Assembly (NCBI GenBank): GCA_963630675.1
Contig: CAVGNR010000004.1
Coordinates: 5,286 to 69,285, forward strand
DNA: 64,000 nucleotides
Source of the DNA: Escherichia coli
GTDB lineage: Bacteria; Bacillota_I; Bacilli_A; RFN20; CAG-826
Reading direction: 5' to 3'
Below are positions 19,128 to 29,404 of this stretch, one piece after another. A model generated the notes under the pieces. It searched no databases, was not told where the DNA came from, and was given only the letters and a program-made list of their open reading frames with translations. The translations under genes were made by a program, and so were the position numbers. How positions within the stretch are numbered: position 1 is the stretch's first letter; every line of letters begins with the position of its first letter.

Positions 19128-20582
19128 TTACTCCTTTAAGTAATTTCCTAATTTTGTTCGATCAATTTTGCCATTAGCGTTAAGGGGCATTTTGTCCAAT
19201 ACAACCACCTTATTCGGAAGCATATAGAACTGAAGTTTCTTCTTTGCATCAGATAATATCTGTTTCACAGGGTTTTCAACTACTTGGTTTAGCACTGCAA
19301 AAAGAACGATTTTGTCTTTCTCTTTGTCGTAGAGAGCACAACAAGAATCGATATATTCCAAAGAAGTGAGCAACGTATCGATCTCTTGCAATTCAATACG
19401 GTATCCTAAGTGTTTGATTTGAAAATCCATACGGGTTGAGAAAACAAAATTCTCATCTTTATCTAAATAAGCATAATCCCCTGTATAAAGAAGTTTCCCT
19501 TTGCTGGTTTCACGGAAAGTGGTTTTGTTCTTTTCCGGATCGTTAATGTAGCCTAAAGCAATTTGTTCGGAAGAAATGACAATTTCACCGTTATCTAAGA
19601 AAACTTCGTTGTTTTTAAGGGGTTTCCCTGTGGGCAATGGTTCGTTTTCATTCATCTCATGAGTAACTTCATAGGCAAGCGAAACTCCAGCTAGTTCAGT
19701 TGACCCATAGATGTTGAAAAAACGTGTATTTGGTAAGGCTTTTAACCATATATTGAGATATTTTGGTTGAAAGACCTCCCCCACAAAGAAAACATATTTC
19801 AAATACCCTGGTTTCATAAAATCAAGGGTTCGTAGTTTAGCAATTAATGTTAAAGCGGAAGGAACCCAGGAAATCATTGTGATTTTGTTGTTATTTAGAT
19901 ATTCAATCGTTGTTTGCGGCAAAGCAAAAGAATTCTTATCTGGAATATAGAGCGTTCCTTGGTATTTCAACGTTAAATAGATGTCTTTGCTAGAAGCGTC
20001 AAAGAAGAATGGCGTTTGGTTCATAATTCTTTGCCCATTTTCGAGGAAAGGGAACGTTTCGGAAAAATTCTCTACAAAAGAAAGAATGTTTTTATGAGAT
20101 TTCAAGACTCCTTTTGGCTTGCCTGTCGAACCAGAAGTGAACATTAAATATAAGGGAGAGGTCACTTCACTAGAAGAAAGAAGACGGTTCATCTCGTTTT
20201 GAGGAAGAACTTCCTTTATAGAGGAATCAAAATCCAATTTAGGAAGAGAAGGCACTTCTCTCCCATGAAAAGAAAAATAAGCTTTTGCATGGGAATCTTT
20301 TAAGATTTGTTCCAGCTTTTCTTCGGGAATATTTTCATCGAGCGGCAAATAATAATTATGGCTTAAAGCAATTCCAAAGAAAGCAATTATCGCTTTCATG
20401 GATCGGTCCACAAAGACTAAGATGGGAGAATTGTCTATTCCTTTTCTTAAAAGAGAGTGTGCAATTCCACAAGAAGATAAGAAAACGTCCTTTACGGAAG
20501 CCTCTTTTTCAGAATCCACAAATAAAAAATCATTTGGTTTCTTTAGGTAATAACTCAAAACAAGTTCAAAAACGTTCTTCAT
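19128..20582 (-). CDS. dltA: DltA-like adenylating enzyme (D-alanine--carrier protein ligase family)
   Basis: AMP-binding core LMFTSGSTGKPKGV, NQTPFFFDAS, YGSTE and RMDFQIKHLGYRIELQEID are colinear with DltA. Confidence 0.75.
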   Translation of the reverse strand: MKNVFELVLSYYLKKPNDFLFVDSEKEASVKDVFLSSCGIAHSLLRKGIDNSPILVFVDRSMKAIIAFFGIALSHNYYLPLDENIPEEKLEQILKDSHAKAYFSFHGREVPSLPKLDFDSSIKEVLPQNEMNRLLSSSEVTSPLYLMFTSGSTGKPKGVLKSHKNILSFVENFSETFPFLENGQRIMNQTPFFFDASSKDIYLTLKYQGTLYIPDKNSFALPQTTIEYLNNNKITMISWVPSALTLIAKLRTLDFMKPGYLKYVFFVGEVFQPKYLNIWLKALPNTRFFNIYGSTELAGVSLAYEVTHEMNENEPLPTGKPLKNNEVFLDNGEIVISSEQIALGYINDPEKNKTTFRETSKGKLLYTGDYAYLDKDENFVFSTRMDFQIKHLGYRIELQEIDTLLTSLEYIDSCCALYDKEKDKIVLFAVLNQVVENPVKQILSDAKKKLQFYMLPNKVVVLDKMPLNANGKIDRTKLGNYLKE

Positions 20583-20689
20583 AGAAATCTAACATTACAA
20601 TTATAAAACTAAGCCATGAAATAGCAACATCACGCACCGCTTAATAGGCGAAAATGGGTTTGTAAAATTGTTTCGACGCATTTCTTTCA

Positions 20690-20717
20690 AAGGAAAAACT
20701 AGCCTTTGATGGCTAGT
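20690..20717 (-). terminator. Rho-independent terminator downstream of ruvX
   Basis: Minus strand: ACTAGCC-atcaaa-GGCTAGT followed by TTTTCCTTTG. Confidence 0.65.
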
Positions 20718-20736
20718 ATTATTCTAAAAGATGAAA

Positions 20737-21165
20737 TTATAGTTGTCCTATTGTCTTGAGATATCTTTCAAGGATTACCATGGCCGCGCCAGAATCGATC
20801 TTTTTTCTTTGTTTCTTAGAATTCAATCCGTTTTGATGGAAAATTGCAGCTGCTTCAACAGTCGTGTTTCTTTCATCTTGGGGATGAACGGGAACGTTTG
20901 GGAATTCTTTTTCTAACACTAGAATGAAGTCTTTGACGATTGGCGTCATTTCGCATTCGTCCCCACTAGGAAAAAGAGGGTAGCCAATCACAATGTGGTC
21001 AACTTTTTCTTTTTGAAAGACGTCTTTTACCGCATTTAACGCATCTTCGTAATGCGTGGCTTTAAAACGAACTTCTGGCAAAGGGGAAACAAAGAAACCA
21101 CTACGGGATATTGCTAAGCCGATGGACCCTTTTCCTAAATCAATTGCGAGAATGTTCTTTTCCAT
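20737..21165 (-). CDS. ruvX: Holliday-junction-resolvase-like protein YqgF/RuvX
   Basis: ILAIDLGKGSIGLAIS N-terminus, 142 aa, typical of the YqgF family. Confidence 0.85.
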   Translation of the reverse strand: MEKNILAIDLGKGSIGLAISRSGFFVSPLPEVRFKATHYEDALNAVKDVFQKEKVDHIVIGYPLFPSGDECEMTPIVKDFILVLEKEFPNVPVHPQDERNTTVEAAAIFHQNGLNSKKQRKKIDSGAAMVILERYLKTIGQL

Positions 21166-21204
21166 GTTTAAGATTCTATTCTTTCTATGTGTTTCTTTAA
21201 AGAA

Positions 21205-23424
21205 TCAGTAATTTGCTTCAGTGAGCAACAAAAGATGAGTCTTATTTTGTCTCTTGAAGAAATCCATTAAGAAGAAGCCGACTTTCATAAGATACTCACC
21301 TGAGAAAGTCCCTTTTTCTTCATCATCCAAATGAGCAAGATAACGTTTCTTTGGGTCAAGTCCTTTAAGTTTCCAATAATCTAAATGCCAAGTATAGTTA
21401 CTCTTTTCAAAGAAAATAGCAATTGCAGTCTTTTTATCTTTTGAAACGGAAATCATCGACATTTCATCATGATCTAGGGGATTTGCTAGATGATAAAGAG
21501 TGCCGTTCATAACCGCGTCATTATGATATTTATGATAGATATCACTGCCTTTTTGGAGGAGTTTCCAATCGTTTTCATTCAACGTCGTTGGATTCATTTC
21601 ATACCCATATGTGCCAAAAAGAGCAACGTCCACTTTCGTTTTATAACTTGTTTGTGGAGAAGCGGAAACATGAGAAGAAATACAAGAAAGAGGATAGCCC
21701 AAGGAAGTAAAATATTGAATATTTGCTCGTGAAGCTCCGTCGGTCTCGTCAGACGTCCAAATTTGAGGAACGAAATAAAGTGTTCCTAAATCAAAACGAG
21801 CGCCACCGCCAGAACACCCTTCAAAAAGGATATCAGGATATTTCAAACGTAATTTAGTGAGCAATTTGTAGTAGCCTAAGGTATTTCGATGATAGACTTC
21901 GCCTTGTTTTTCCGCGCTTAAGAAAGAAGAAAAATGTTCTGCCATATTGCGGTTATGATCCCATTTGACGTATTTCACAGGATATTCGTCTAGGATTTTA
22001 GAGATGCTTTGGAAGATATAGTCCACTACTTCATCATTAGAGAAATCAAGCAATAATTGGTGACGTTCTAAGGTAGACCAATCTTTGTTTTCGTTATATC
22101 CAAGCGCATATTCTGGATGTTCTCGGAACAACTCGGAATCTGAGCTAATCATTTCAGGCTCAAACCAAATTCCGAAATCTAGGCCGATTTCTTCTAAATG
22201 TTTCGTGAAACGATGAAGGTCCACTTTCGAAGAATTTACTGTCCAATCCCCTAAAGAAGAGGAATCGTTATTTCTCTTACCAAACCAGCCGTCATCCAAA
22301 ACAAATAAATTCACGCCAACTTTCTTTGCTTCATTTGAATAGGCAATAAGGGAATCCGTATCGAAATTGAAAAACGTTCCTTCCCAAGAGTTGAAGATTA
22401 ATGGACGGGGAGCTTCTCTCTTATCAGTTTGAATGTTTTCTTTGATTAAAGAATGGAAAGTGCGAGACATCCTATCAATCCCTTCATGGGAATATGAGAT
22501 GACAGCTTGTGGGGTTTGAAAAACTTCATTTTTCCCAAGTACAAAGCAAAAATCCTCATCATTTAATCCATAAACAAGATGAAGGGTGCCATACATCGTC
22601 TTTTCTAATCTCATTTTCCAGTTTCCGGAATACAAAAGATTGAAACCGATACATTCTCCTGCGTTATAGTTGTTCCTTTCTTCACTTAAGAACAAGAAAG
22701 GGTTCTCTTGATGGGAGCTTTTCCCACGGTTAGAGGCAATCTCTTCTATTCCATCATGCACAAGATTGATTTCTTCTTGTCTTTCTCTTGCCCAAGCACC
22801 AGAAAAATGATGGAAATAATAATCTGAAGTTGGTAAATCAAGTTGCATTGACATGGCGCGAAGAAGACGGATTTTCTTTTTGCTTTTGTTTTCAATCTTA
22901 AAAGATTTGGCAATGACATCCTTATCACGATAAATCGAAATATATTCATATAAATAAACATTCGCGGTGATATCTTTTAAGAGTATCTCCAACGTATCCA
23001 CGTTTTCTTTGTTATATAGGCTTTCTTTTCTATCCAAAGGAGCATCTAAAGAAGGCAAATCATCTACTGGTTTAATACCATGATAGATTTTATGTTTCAC
23101 ATATTCGAAATCGGTGAGATAAGAGCCGTTTTCATGTTGAATAATAATCGGTGCGTCTCGTTTATCCGCTTGAGCGTGAGAAGATATTTCTTGTAAGCTT
23201 TCAGGATAAAAATAAGCCGGAGAGGGGGTCATAATAGACATCTTTTTATCCAAGTAAGTGTTATCTGGATAAACAATACGGCTTTTAAGAATATCGCTTA
23301 GATCGTTTAGTTTTTCTCCAAAATAGAGGGTTTCCAATCTCCCAAAGCCATTCAAATGAATAACATAAGAAATATCGCGGTTAAAAAGATGAAATACATT
23401 AGCTTCGGAATCAAAATGGATCAT
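21205..23424 (-). CDS. Alpha-galactosidase (GH36)
   Basis: 739 aa. The FVLDDGWF, KWDHNR and CSGGGARFD blocks are characteristic of GH36. Confidence 0.85.
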   Translation of the reverse strand: MIHFDSEANVFHLFNRDISYVIHLNGFGRLETLYFGEKLNDLSDILKSRIVYPDNTYLDKKMSIMTPSPAYFYPESLQEISSHAQADKRDAPIIIQHENGSYLTDFEYVKHKIYHGIKPVDDLPSLDAPLDRKESLYNKENVDTLEILLKDITANVYLYEYISIYRDKDVIAKSFKIENKSKKKIRLLRAMSMQLDLPTSDYYFHHFSGAWARERQEEINLVHDGIEEIASNRGKSSHQENPFLFLSEERNNYNAGECIGFNLLYSGNWKMRLEKTMYGTLHLVYGLNDEDFCFVLGKNEVFQTPQAVISYSHEGIDRMSRTFHSLIKENIQTDKREAPRPLIFNSWEGTFFNFDTDSLIAYSNEAKKVGVNLFVLDDGWFGKRNNDSSSLGDWTVNSSKVDLHRFTKHLEEIGLDFGIWFEPEMISSDSELFREHPEYALGYNENKDWSTLERHQLLLDFSNDEVVDYIFQSISKILDEYPVKYVKWDHNRNMAEHFSSFLSAEKQGEVYHRNTLGYYKLLTKLRLKYPDILFEGCSGGGARFDLGTLYFVPQIWTSDETDGASRANIQYFTSLGYPLSCISSHVSASPQTSYKTKVDVALFGTYGYEMNPTTLNENDWKLLQKGSDIYHKYHNDAVMNGTLYHLANPLDHDEMSMISVSKDKKTAIAIFFEKSNYTWHLDYWKLKGLDPKKRYLAHLDDEEKGTFSGEYLMKVGFFLMDFFKRQNKTHLLLLTEANY

Positions 23425-23678
23425 AAGTGGCTCCTTTTTCTAAAATCATAGCAAAAACTTTGTTTTTAATCACGGAAAAGAAAGGAAATAGATTCTTCTT
23501 TAAAAAGAAGAAACCCCTTTATTCGCGAAAACTATAATGATTTTTTATTATCTTATTTTTAAAGGTTTTTCCTATTCTTTTTGTTACCTTTTATTCAGGT
23601 ATATTATAAATATTTATGCATGTCTCGTGTATTTTAGACGAATTTCCTTTAGAATTGAAACCTATTTGGAGGTCCTTT

Positions 23679-25346
23679 ATGAAGAAAAACATCACTATCT
23701 TAGCTCTTTCTTCTCTTTGCTTGCTTTTTATTTCGTCTTGTAAGAATGATTCACTTTCTTCTTCCTCAAGTTCGAATGATGCTTTTTCTTCAACTGTAAA
23801 TTCGCAAGAAGAAAAGCCTTCTTCAGAAATAAAGCCATCTTCAAGTCAGGAGAACAGTGAATGGGATACAAATTATTCTGATAAGAACTATGTCGCAAAA
23901 TATAAAGCCAATCCTAATTTCACTTTAGTAGATATCGACTACAATACACCATCTAGCGGAACGCAACCTGTTCTCGTAATTCCTGTTACTTTTACAAATA
24001 AAACATTTACTGACGCAGAATTAGAAGATATAAAAACGTTGACCGGTGGAACTAGAGAAGATACGAAATACTGGGAATCTTTGAAATCCTATTATGAAAA
24101 ATCTTCTTATGGAAAACTCAATCTTGAATTTACCTATTCCGATCCAGTATCCATGGGTATGGATTCTAGAACGTTCAAAAACAAATACGGAAAAACTCAA
24201 AACGACGTAGACTCAGGGAAAGCTGCAGCCGTTGCTTTAAAGGAAGGTGTTAAAGCCTATAAGAAAAAGAATGGCGATTCTTCCACGAAGAAATTCGATA
24301 CAGATGGTGATGGCTATATCGATTCCGTGATCATGATTTACGCCGAGAACGATACGCCTTCTTTCGATAGCAATGGAGATGTTTTCTGGGCCTATCGTTA
24401 TTGGGATTTATATGACGAGAGCAACCGACATTTAGGCTATGCTCCTGATGGAAATGTATCTTCCCCTATCGGCAATTCTTATTTTTGGGCATCCTTAAGT
24501 TTCTTCTATGAAGGAACGGGAACAAGAAACTCACATACTGGCGTAGATTCTCATACTTTAGTTCACGAATTCGGCCATATGCTTGGAGCCGATGACTATT
24601 ACAACTCTGATAGTGACGCCTCTTCGGAAGTGACGGGTGGCAAAATCATGATGGCCTATAACATCTCCGATCATGATGCATTTAACAAACTTCAATATAA
24701 CTGGGTGGAGCCTACTTACGCTTTCGGTTCATGCGAGGTAACCATTCGCCCATTAGAATCGAGCGGGGATTGCATTTTGTTAGCCGATAAAAATGGCTGG
24801 AATGGTACGGCATTTGATGAATATGTGTTGATTGAATACTACACCCCTACCGGCTTAAACGAATTAGACGCCAAAACTCCATATGGGTCAAACCATATCC
24901 AAGGGGAAAGCGAGGCAGGTGTCCGTATTTGGCATGTTGACAATCGTTTAGCTAAGGTGAGTTCCAAAACAGGTGTTGCTTCCGCCTATTATAGTGACGA
25001 AGAAATCAAAAATGGCTCATTCAACGACAATAATTACTATCCTCTGGTCGCTTGTGGTAATGGTGAAGAAAAAGATTTAGAAGTTTGCCAAGGCAAGGGA
25101 TTTGATTCTTTAACTCTCATTTCTTCAAAAGGTAGTAGATTTACAACGCAAAGCCTTTCAAGCAACAGGGATTTATTCCATAAGGGAGAATCTTTCTCTT
25201 TACTCGATTCCTCTTCTTCTAGCAAGTTCAGCAAATATTTCGCTAACTCCTACCATTTTAATAACGGAAATAAATTCCCTTATAAAGTCGAGGTCACCTC
25301 TCTTTCAACTGAGGGAGCCTCTATTCGTATTACGGAGCATAGATAA
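23679..25346 (+). CDS. Lipoprotein zinc metalloprotease (HExxH; M6/immune-inhibitor-A-like)
   Basis: GGAGG RBS, then the signal peptide with lipobox MKKNITILALSSLCLLFISSC. The zinc motif is HTLVHEFGHMLGADDYY. The start is moved from the track start at 23616 to the Met at 23679. Confidence 0.65.
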   Translation: MKKNITILALSSLCLLFISSCKNDSLSSSSSSNDAFSSTVNSQEEKPSSEIKPSSSQENSEWDTNYSDKNYVAKYKANPNFTLVDIDYNTPSSGTQPVLVIPVTFTNKTFTDAELEDIKTLTGGTREDTKYWESLKSYYEKSSYGKLNLEFTYSDPVSMGMDSRTFKNKYGKTQNDVDSGKAAAVALKEGVKAYKKKNGDSSTKKFDTDGDGYIDSVIMIYAENDTPSFDSNGDVFWAYRYWDLYDESNRHLGYAPDGNVSSPIGNSYFWASLSFFYEGTGTRNSHTGVDSHTLVHEFGHMLGADDYYNSDSDASSEVTGGKIMMAYNISDHDAFNKLQYNWVEPTYAFGSCEVTIRPLESSGDCILLADKNGWNGTAFDEYVLIEYYTPTGLNELDAKTPYGSNHIQGESEAGVRIWHVDNRLAKVSSKTGVASAYYSDEEIKNGSFNDNNYYPLVACGNGEEKDLEVCQGKGFDSLTLISSKGSRFTTQSLSSNRDLFHKGESFSLLDSSSSSKFSKYFANSYHFNNGNKFPYKVEVTSLSTEGASIRITEHR

Positions 25347-25347
25347 C

Positions 25348-25605
25348 ATGAAAGAATTATTAAAAGAAAACCAATATCTCTTTTTAGGAGAAAACGATGA
25401 AATTCTAGCGGAAATCGATTTTCCAATGATTAAAAAGGGCGTAATAGAAATCACTCACACGATTGTATCTCCTTCTCTTCAGGGACAAGGAATCGCAAGA
25501 AAATTGGTGGAAAAGGTTTTAGAAATTGCCAAAGAAAAAGGATACCGGGTTACGGCATCCTGTTCCTATGCAAGGCATTATTTAGAGAAACAAGGGCTGT
25601 TATAA
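25348..25605 (+). CDS. Small GNAT-fold N-acetyltransferase (YjdJ-like)
   Basis: 85 aa, with QGQGIARKLVEKVLEIAKEKGYRVTASCSYARHYLEK. Confidence 0.6.
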   Translation: MKELLKENQYLFLGENDEILAEIDFPMIKKGVIEITHTIVSPSLQGQGIARKLVEKVLEIAKEKGYRVTASCSYARHYLEKQGLL

Positions 25606-25617
25606 GCCTTTGTTTTT

Positions 25618-26592
25618 TTATTTTTCAAAAGGTTTTAAATTCTTTACGCAATCTGCTGGATAGATACGTTTTTCATCATTATCGAGATCGATAAGAACGT
25701 ATTTCATATTGCCCATTCCAAGTTCATACATATAGGTGAGCTGGCGAAGGCCTTTACGGGTTTCGATTCTTTCTATAAGATCGTGATTCTCCTCTTTCTT
25801 CATGGCATAAACAATATCAATAGACGCAGTATCGATTGCACAAATATCTAAAGAAGCGAGTATTCCGACGTTTGGAGTAACTACTGGAGCTGCAGAAAGG
25901 CCTACGCAATCACAATCGACAGACATATTTCTCATGACATTGATATAGGCAATGTTTTTCCCAAAGAAATCCACGGTGGCTTTGCTTGACTCTGTGATTC
26001 TTTCCATGAGTTCCTCTTCGCCAATCGACCACATATCTGAGCTGTTTTCTTTCGTATGGATTATTTTCTTGCCGATTCTTCCATCAGCACAGCCAATACC
26101 GATATTCTTATTGGATCCGCCAAAACCGCCCATAACATGTCCTTTAAAATGGGTTAACACCAACATGGAATCGTAATTGGCTTCGTGGGAACCAACAGAC
26201 ATGGAAGTAAAGTATTTCCCGCCTTTGACAGGAAGAAGAATGGTCCCTTCTTCATCCATGATGTCCACAGGAGCAAAATCCCAGCCATTAATTGCTAAAG
26301 TCTTGCGATGCGCTTCTGTCGTGTAACGGTCTCCTTCATAATACGTATTCGTTTCCACGATACTCGCATCCTTTAGTTCTTCGTTCATGAGTTTCTTTAC
26401 CCATTCACGAGGAAGGATGTTTGGTCCATGGGCCTCACCGGTATGAAGTTTGACGGCAACTTTTCCTTTTAAATTGCCACAAATTTTACGGTAGGCTTTC
26501 TCCAAGCCTTTTTCCGATAAATCTCTTGTAAAATATACGATGGATTCGTTCCCGACTCTTTCATCATAAGGAACATATTTTGTTTCTTTCAT
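25618..26592 (-). CDS. DUF362-like protein
   Basis: 324 aa. The N-terminal pattern VAVKLHTGE... and the Cys-rich DCDCVG segment resemble DUF362 proteins. This assignment is from memory only. Confidence 0.45.
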   Translation of the reverse strand: MKETKYVPYDERVGNESIVYFTRDLSEKGLEKAYRKICGNLKGKVAVKLHTGEAHGPNILPREWVKKLMNEELKDASIVETNTYYEGDRYTTEAHRKTLAINGWDFAPVDIMDEEGTILLPVKGGKYFTSMSVGSHEANYDSMLVLTHFKGHVMGGFGGSNKNIGIGCADGRIGKKIIHTKENSSDMWSIGEEELMERITESSKATVDFFGKNIAYINVMRNMSVDCDCVGLSAAPVVTPNVGILASLDICAIDTASIDIVYAMKKEENHDLIERIETRKGLRQLTYMYELGMGNMKYVLIDLDNDEKRIYPADCVKNLKPFEK

Positions 26593-26848
26593 TTCTCTCT
26601 CCTTAATTCGAAATCATTATAAAACTATTTTATATAGGCCTTGTAACTTAAAACATCCGAGATCATTTCCTCATCAATTTGGAGAGCAGTCGGTCGAAAA
26701 AACGTCCAATTCGTTGGAAGGCAAATAAAATAAGCGGGAAGACCACTAACCCGTATAGATAAGAGAAACAAAACAACTTCTAGACCACCCATGCATCCTA
26801 ATTTCATCCCCACAATTTTTTCTTTCAAGAAACCTTTATAATAAAAGC

Positions 26849-27574
26849 ATGTACGAAAACGAGCTGATTGATTACTTAACAAAATATAACGGCTTTAGGA
26901 AAGACTATAAGAATCTTTTCCCAAACAAAGAAGAAACCATTCGTCTTCTTTTAAAAATTACTTTGCCAAACGATTTAGAGCCCTCCTTTTTTGAAATGGA
27001 GCAAGAATTTATTCGCAATATGAACTCCCGAATTCAAGTCACGGATCCAAAGAGTCTTAAATATATAGACGGGGTTGCTCTTTTTCTAGGAAACCCTCTC
27101 TTTATTAAAGCAGACATCCTAATGGATCCCCTCTTTTCATCTCTTTACCAGCCCGAATCTTTAATGAAGAGAGAATTTAGCGATGACCTCCTCTTCCATG
27201 GTGGAATTGAAATCCGTAAAGACCTTTTAGAAGAGCTTAGCAAGCAAGGACATGAAATGTCGGAAGGAGAAATCCACCTCACCAAAGGATATGCTCTCCC
27301 TTTTAAAGAAATCATTCATTGTTCTTTTCCAAATGAGTTAGAAACCAATGAGGATGTAGAGTCTTTCTCCGAAGCCTATTTAAATGTCCTAAAAACATTT
27401 GAAAAACAAAAAGGTAAAACCCTCGTTGTTCCTTTATTAAACAATAAAAAAGAAGAGAATATTTTCTTTATTAAAACAGCAAAATCCTACCTTAAAACAA
27501 TGGGCAGCAAGAAAAAAATCATTTTCGTTACAAATGATGAAAATACATATAACGAATCAATGTTTTTGTTTTAA
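26849..27574 (+). CDS. MacroD-type macro-domain homologue with degenerate active-site motifs
   Basis: Colinear with firmicute protein-ADP-ribose hydrolases. TKGYALPFKEIIHCSFP matches TKAYNLPAKYVIHTVGP. The GDIT position reads GNPL and the NAAN position reads MDPL. Confidence 0.45.
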   Translation: MYENELIDYLTKYNGFRKDYKNLFPNKEETIRLLLKITLPNDLEPSFFEMEQEFIRNMNSRIQVTDPKSLKYIDGVALFLGNPLFIKADILMDPLFSSLYQPESLMKREFSDDLLFHGGIEIRKDLLEELSKQGHEMSEGEIHLTKGYALPFKEIIHCSFPNELETNEDVESFSEAYLNVLKTFEKQKGKTLVVPLLNNKKEENIFFIKTAKSYLKTMGSKKKIIFVTNDENTYNESMFLF

Positions 27575-27657
27575 TTTAATTTGTCAATATTCCTTTTTAT
27601 AAAGAAAGAAATTACAATTGAATAAGCATATTTCGATTTCATAAAAAGGAGGGCTTT

Positions 27658-28218
27658 ATGGCTAAAAGGAAATCAAAGAAAAATTCAACTTTAGGGCAGA
27701 TTTTAGGAATCTTCGGGAGCATCCTAGGAATCGCCGCAGTCTTTATGGGGTTCTTAAATTTCGTAACCTTGACTGGCAAATTATTGGGGGCAACTAGTGA
27801 ATTAGGAACCTTAACCGGTATCCAGGCCGCTTTTGGTGCAAAAGCACCTGTTGGAGATAAACCAAGTTGGGCTATTTTTGCAGACGGCACCACTTCAAAC
27901 GGAGAAATCACATTAGCTAGCAAAACTGGCATTCTTATTCTTTTCATCCTGCTTTTAGCGGGCGCTCTTGTTCTTCTTCTCGGAAGCCTTATAAAAGGCA
28001 AAATTGGAAAGTTTTTGATGTTGGTTGGCGGAGCGGCAATGATTGCCGGTGCCATTATGGCATTCTGCGCTATCAGTCTTTGTGCTTTTGAAAGCAAAGG
28101 AAGTGGCACGGCTGGATATGAATATTCCCTTGGAATCGGTGCCATTCTAGCAGGTGCTTTTGGCGGACTCGGTGGCCTTGTTGGCTTAGGTTCTGGAATT
28201 GTCGGTTTAGTTAAGTAA
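27658..28218 (+). CDS. Gly/Ala-rich small membrane protein
   Basis: AAAGGAGGG RBS 5 nt upstream. Basic N-terminus followed by 4-5 hydrophobic helices. The antisense 196-aa ORF is a shadow. Confidence 0.6.
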   Translation: MAKRKSKKNSTLGQILGIFGSILGIAAVFMGFLNFVTLTGKLLGATSELGTLTGIQAAFGAKAPVGDKPSWAIFADGTTSNGEITLASKTGILILFILLLAGALVLLLGSLIKGKIGKFLMLVGGAAMIAGAIMAFCAISLCAFESKGSGTAGYEYSLGIGAILAGAFGGLGGLVGLGSGIVGLVK

Positions 28219-28230
28219 TACCTTAGCAAT

Positions 28231-28269
28231 AGAGGGTCATCGGTTTCTCCCCGTTGACTCTCTTTTTTT
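28231..28269 (+). terminator. Rho-independent terminator
   Basis: AGAGGGTCA-15 nt-TGACTCTCT (one G-T pair) followed by TTTTTT. Confidence 0.6.
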
Positions 28270-28291
28270 ATGCTAAAATTCTTACCGTCCT

Positions 28292-29404
28292 ATGATTTAT
28301 TTTGATAATGCAGCAAATAGACCCGTAAAAAAAGAAGTATTAGATGAGCTCATAAAAACGGAAACAGAATTCATAGGGAATTCTAATTCTTCTCATGAAG
28401 CTGGTCTCCTTGCTCACGAAAAATATCTCTCTTTAGAGAAAGAAATCGTGCAAGCGTTGGATTTAGATCCAACTGCCTACGATTTGATTTTCACTTCGGG
28501 GGCTACTGAATCGAATAATCTAGCCATAAAAGGAATATACGAAAGCTATTCTGGCTTTGGGAACACCTTCTTGTCTTCCGAATTTGAACATTCCTCCACG
28601 AACGCTACGATAGCCTATCTTAAAGATAAGGGTGCCAACGTCTCTCTTATCTCCACTACAGCTGAAGGAAAGTTATCCATCGATGATTTAAAGAAAAAGT
28701 TAAATGATGATTGCCTCCTTCTAGTCTTATCCCTTGTAGAATCTGAAGTCGGAACGATACAAGATTATCAAGATGTGCAAAAAGCTCTTGAAGGGAAAGA
28801 ATGCAAACTCCTTTTAGACGCCACGCAAGGGATTGGCAAAATCCCTTTGCATTTAAATGGCATCGATATGATTTCTTTTGGAGGGCATAAATTCGGGGGA
28901 ATCACAGGAACAGGAGTTCTTCTAAAGAAAAAAGAAATCGTTTTGACTCCTCTTTTGCATGGCGGCAAAGCAGAAAGCCCATATCGTAGTGGGAGCACTC
29001 CTCTCGGTCTCTTTTCTTCCTTTGCAAAAGCGTTAACCCTAGCCCTATCTTCATTAGAAAAGAACTATGCCTATGTAAATGGCCTATCATCGTATCTTAG
29101 AGACGCTTTATTAAGTATTTCGGGTATACGTCTCAACTCTTTTTCAGGAAACCCCTACATCAACAATTTTTCTTTGAAGGGCGTACCTGGAGGAGAAATG
29201 GTGAAATATCTTTCATCGAGAGGGATTTGCATCTCACAAAAGAGTGCTTGCAGCATCCCTCAAACTCCATCGAAAGTGATTAACGCCATCTATCACGATA
29301 AACAAAGAGCCCTTACCTCATTCCGTATCTCTTTGTCCGAAAATAACACAAAAGAAGAAATCAACAAGCTTATCGAAGCAATAAGGAGTTACCATGCCCT
29401 CTAA
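28292..29404 (+). CDS. Cysteine desulfurase (class V aminotransferase, NifS/IscS-like)
   Basis: PLP-lysine context SFGGHKFGG, active-site region SACS, and overall NifS colinearity. Confidence 0.8.
   Translation: MIYFDNAANRPVKKEVLDELIKTETEFIGNSNSSHEAGLLAHEKYLSLEKEIVQALDLDPTAYDLIFTSGATESNNLAIKGIYESYSGFGNTFLSSEFEHSSTNATIAYLKDKGANVSLISTTAEGKLSIDDLKKKLNDDCLLLVLSLVESEVGTIQDYQDVQKALEGKECKLLLDATQGIGKIPLHLNGIDMISFGGHKFGGITGTGVLLKKKEIVLTPLLHGGKAESPYRSGSTPLGLFSSFAKALTLALSSLEKNYAYVNGLSSYLRDALLSISGIRLNSFSGNPYINNFSLKGVPGGEMVKYLSSRGICISQKSACSIPQTPSKVINAIYHDKQRALTSFRISLSENNTKEEINKLIEAIRSYHAL

Noticed and set aside
27639-28229. 196-aa minus-strand ORF rich in Pro, Ala and Lys
   Set aside because: It is exactly antisense to the Gly/Ala-rich membrane-protein ORF. 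That ORF has a strong AAAGGAGGG RBS and a sensible topology. The minus-strand ORF is a shadow produced by the biased codon content.
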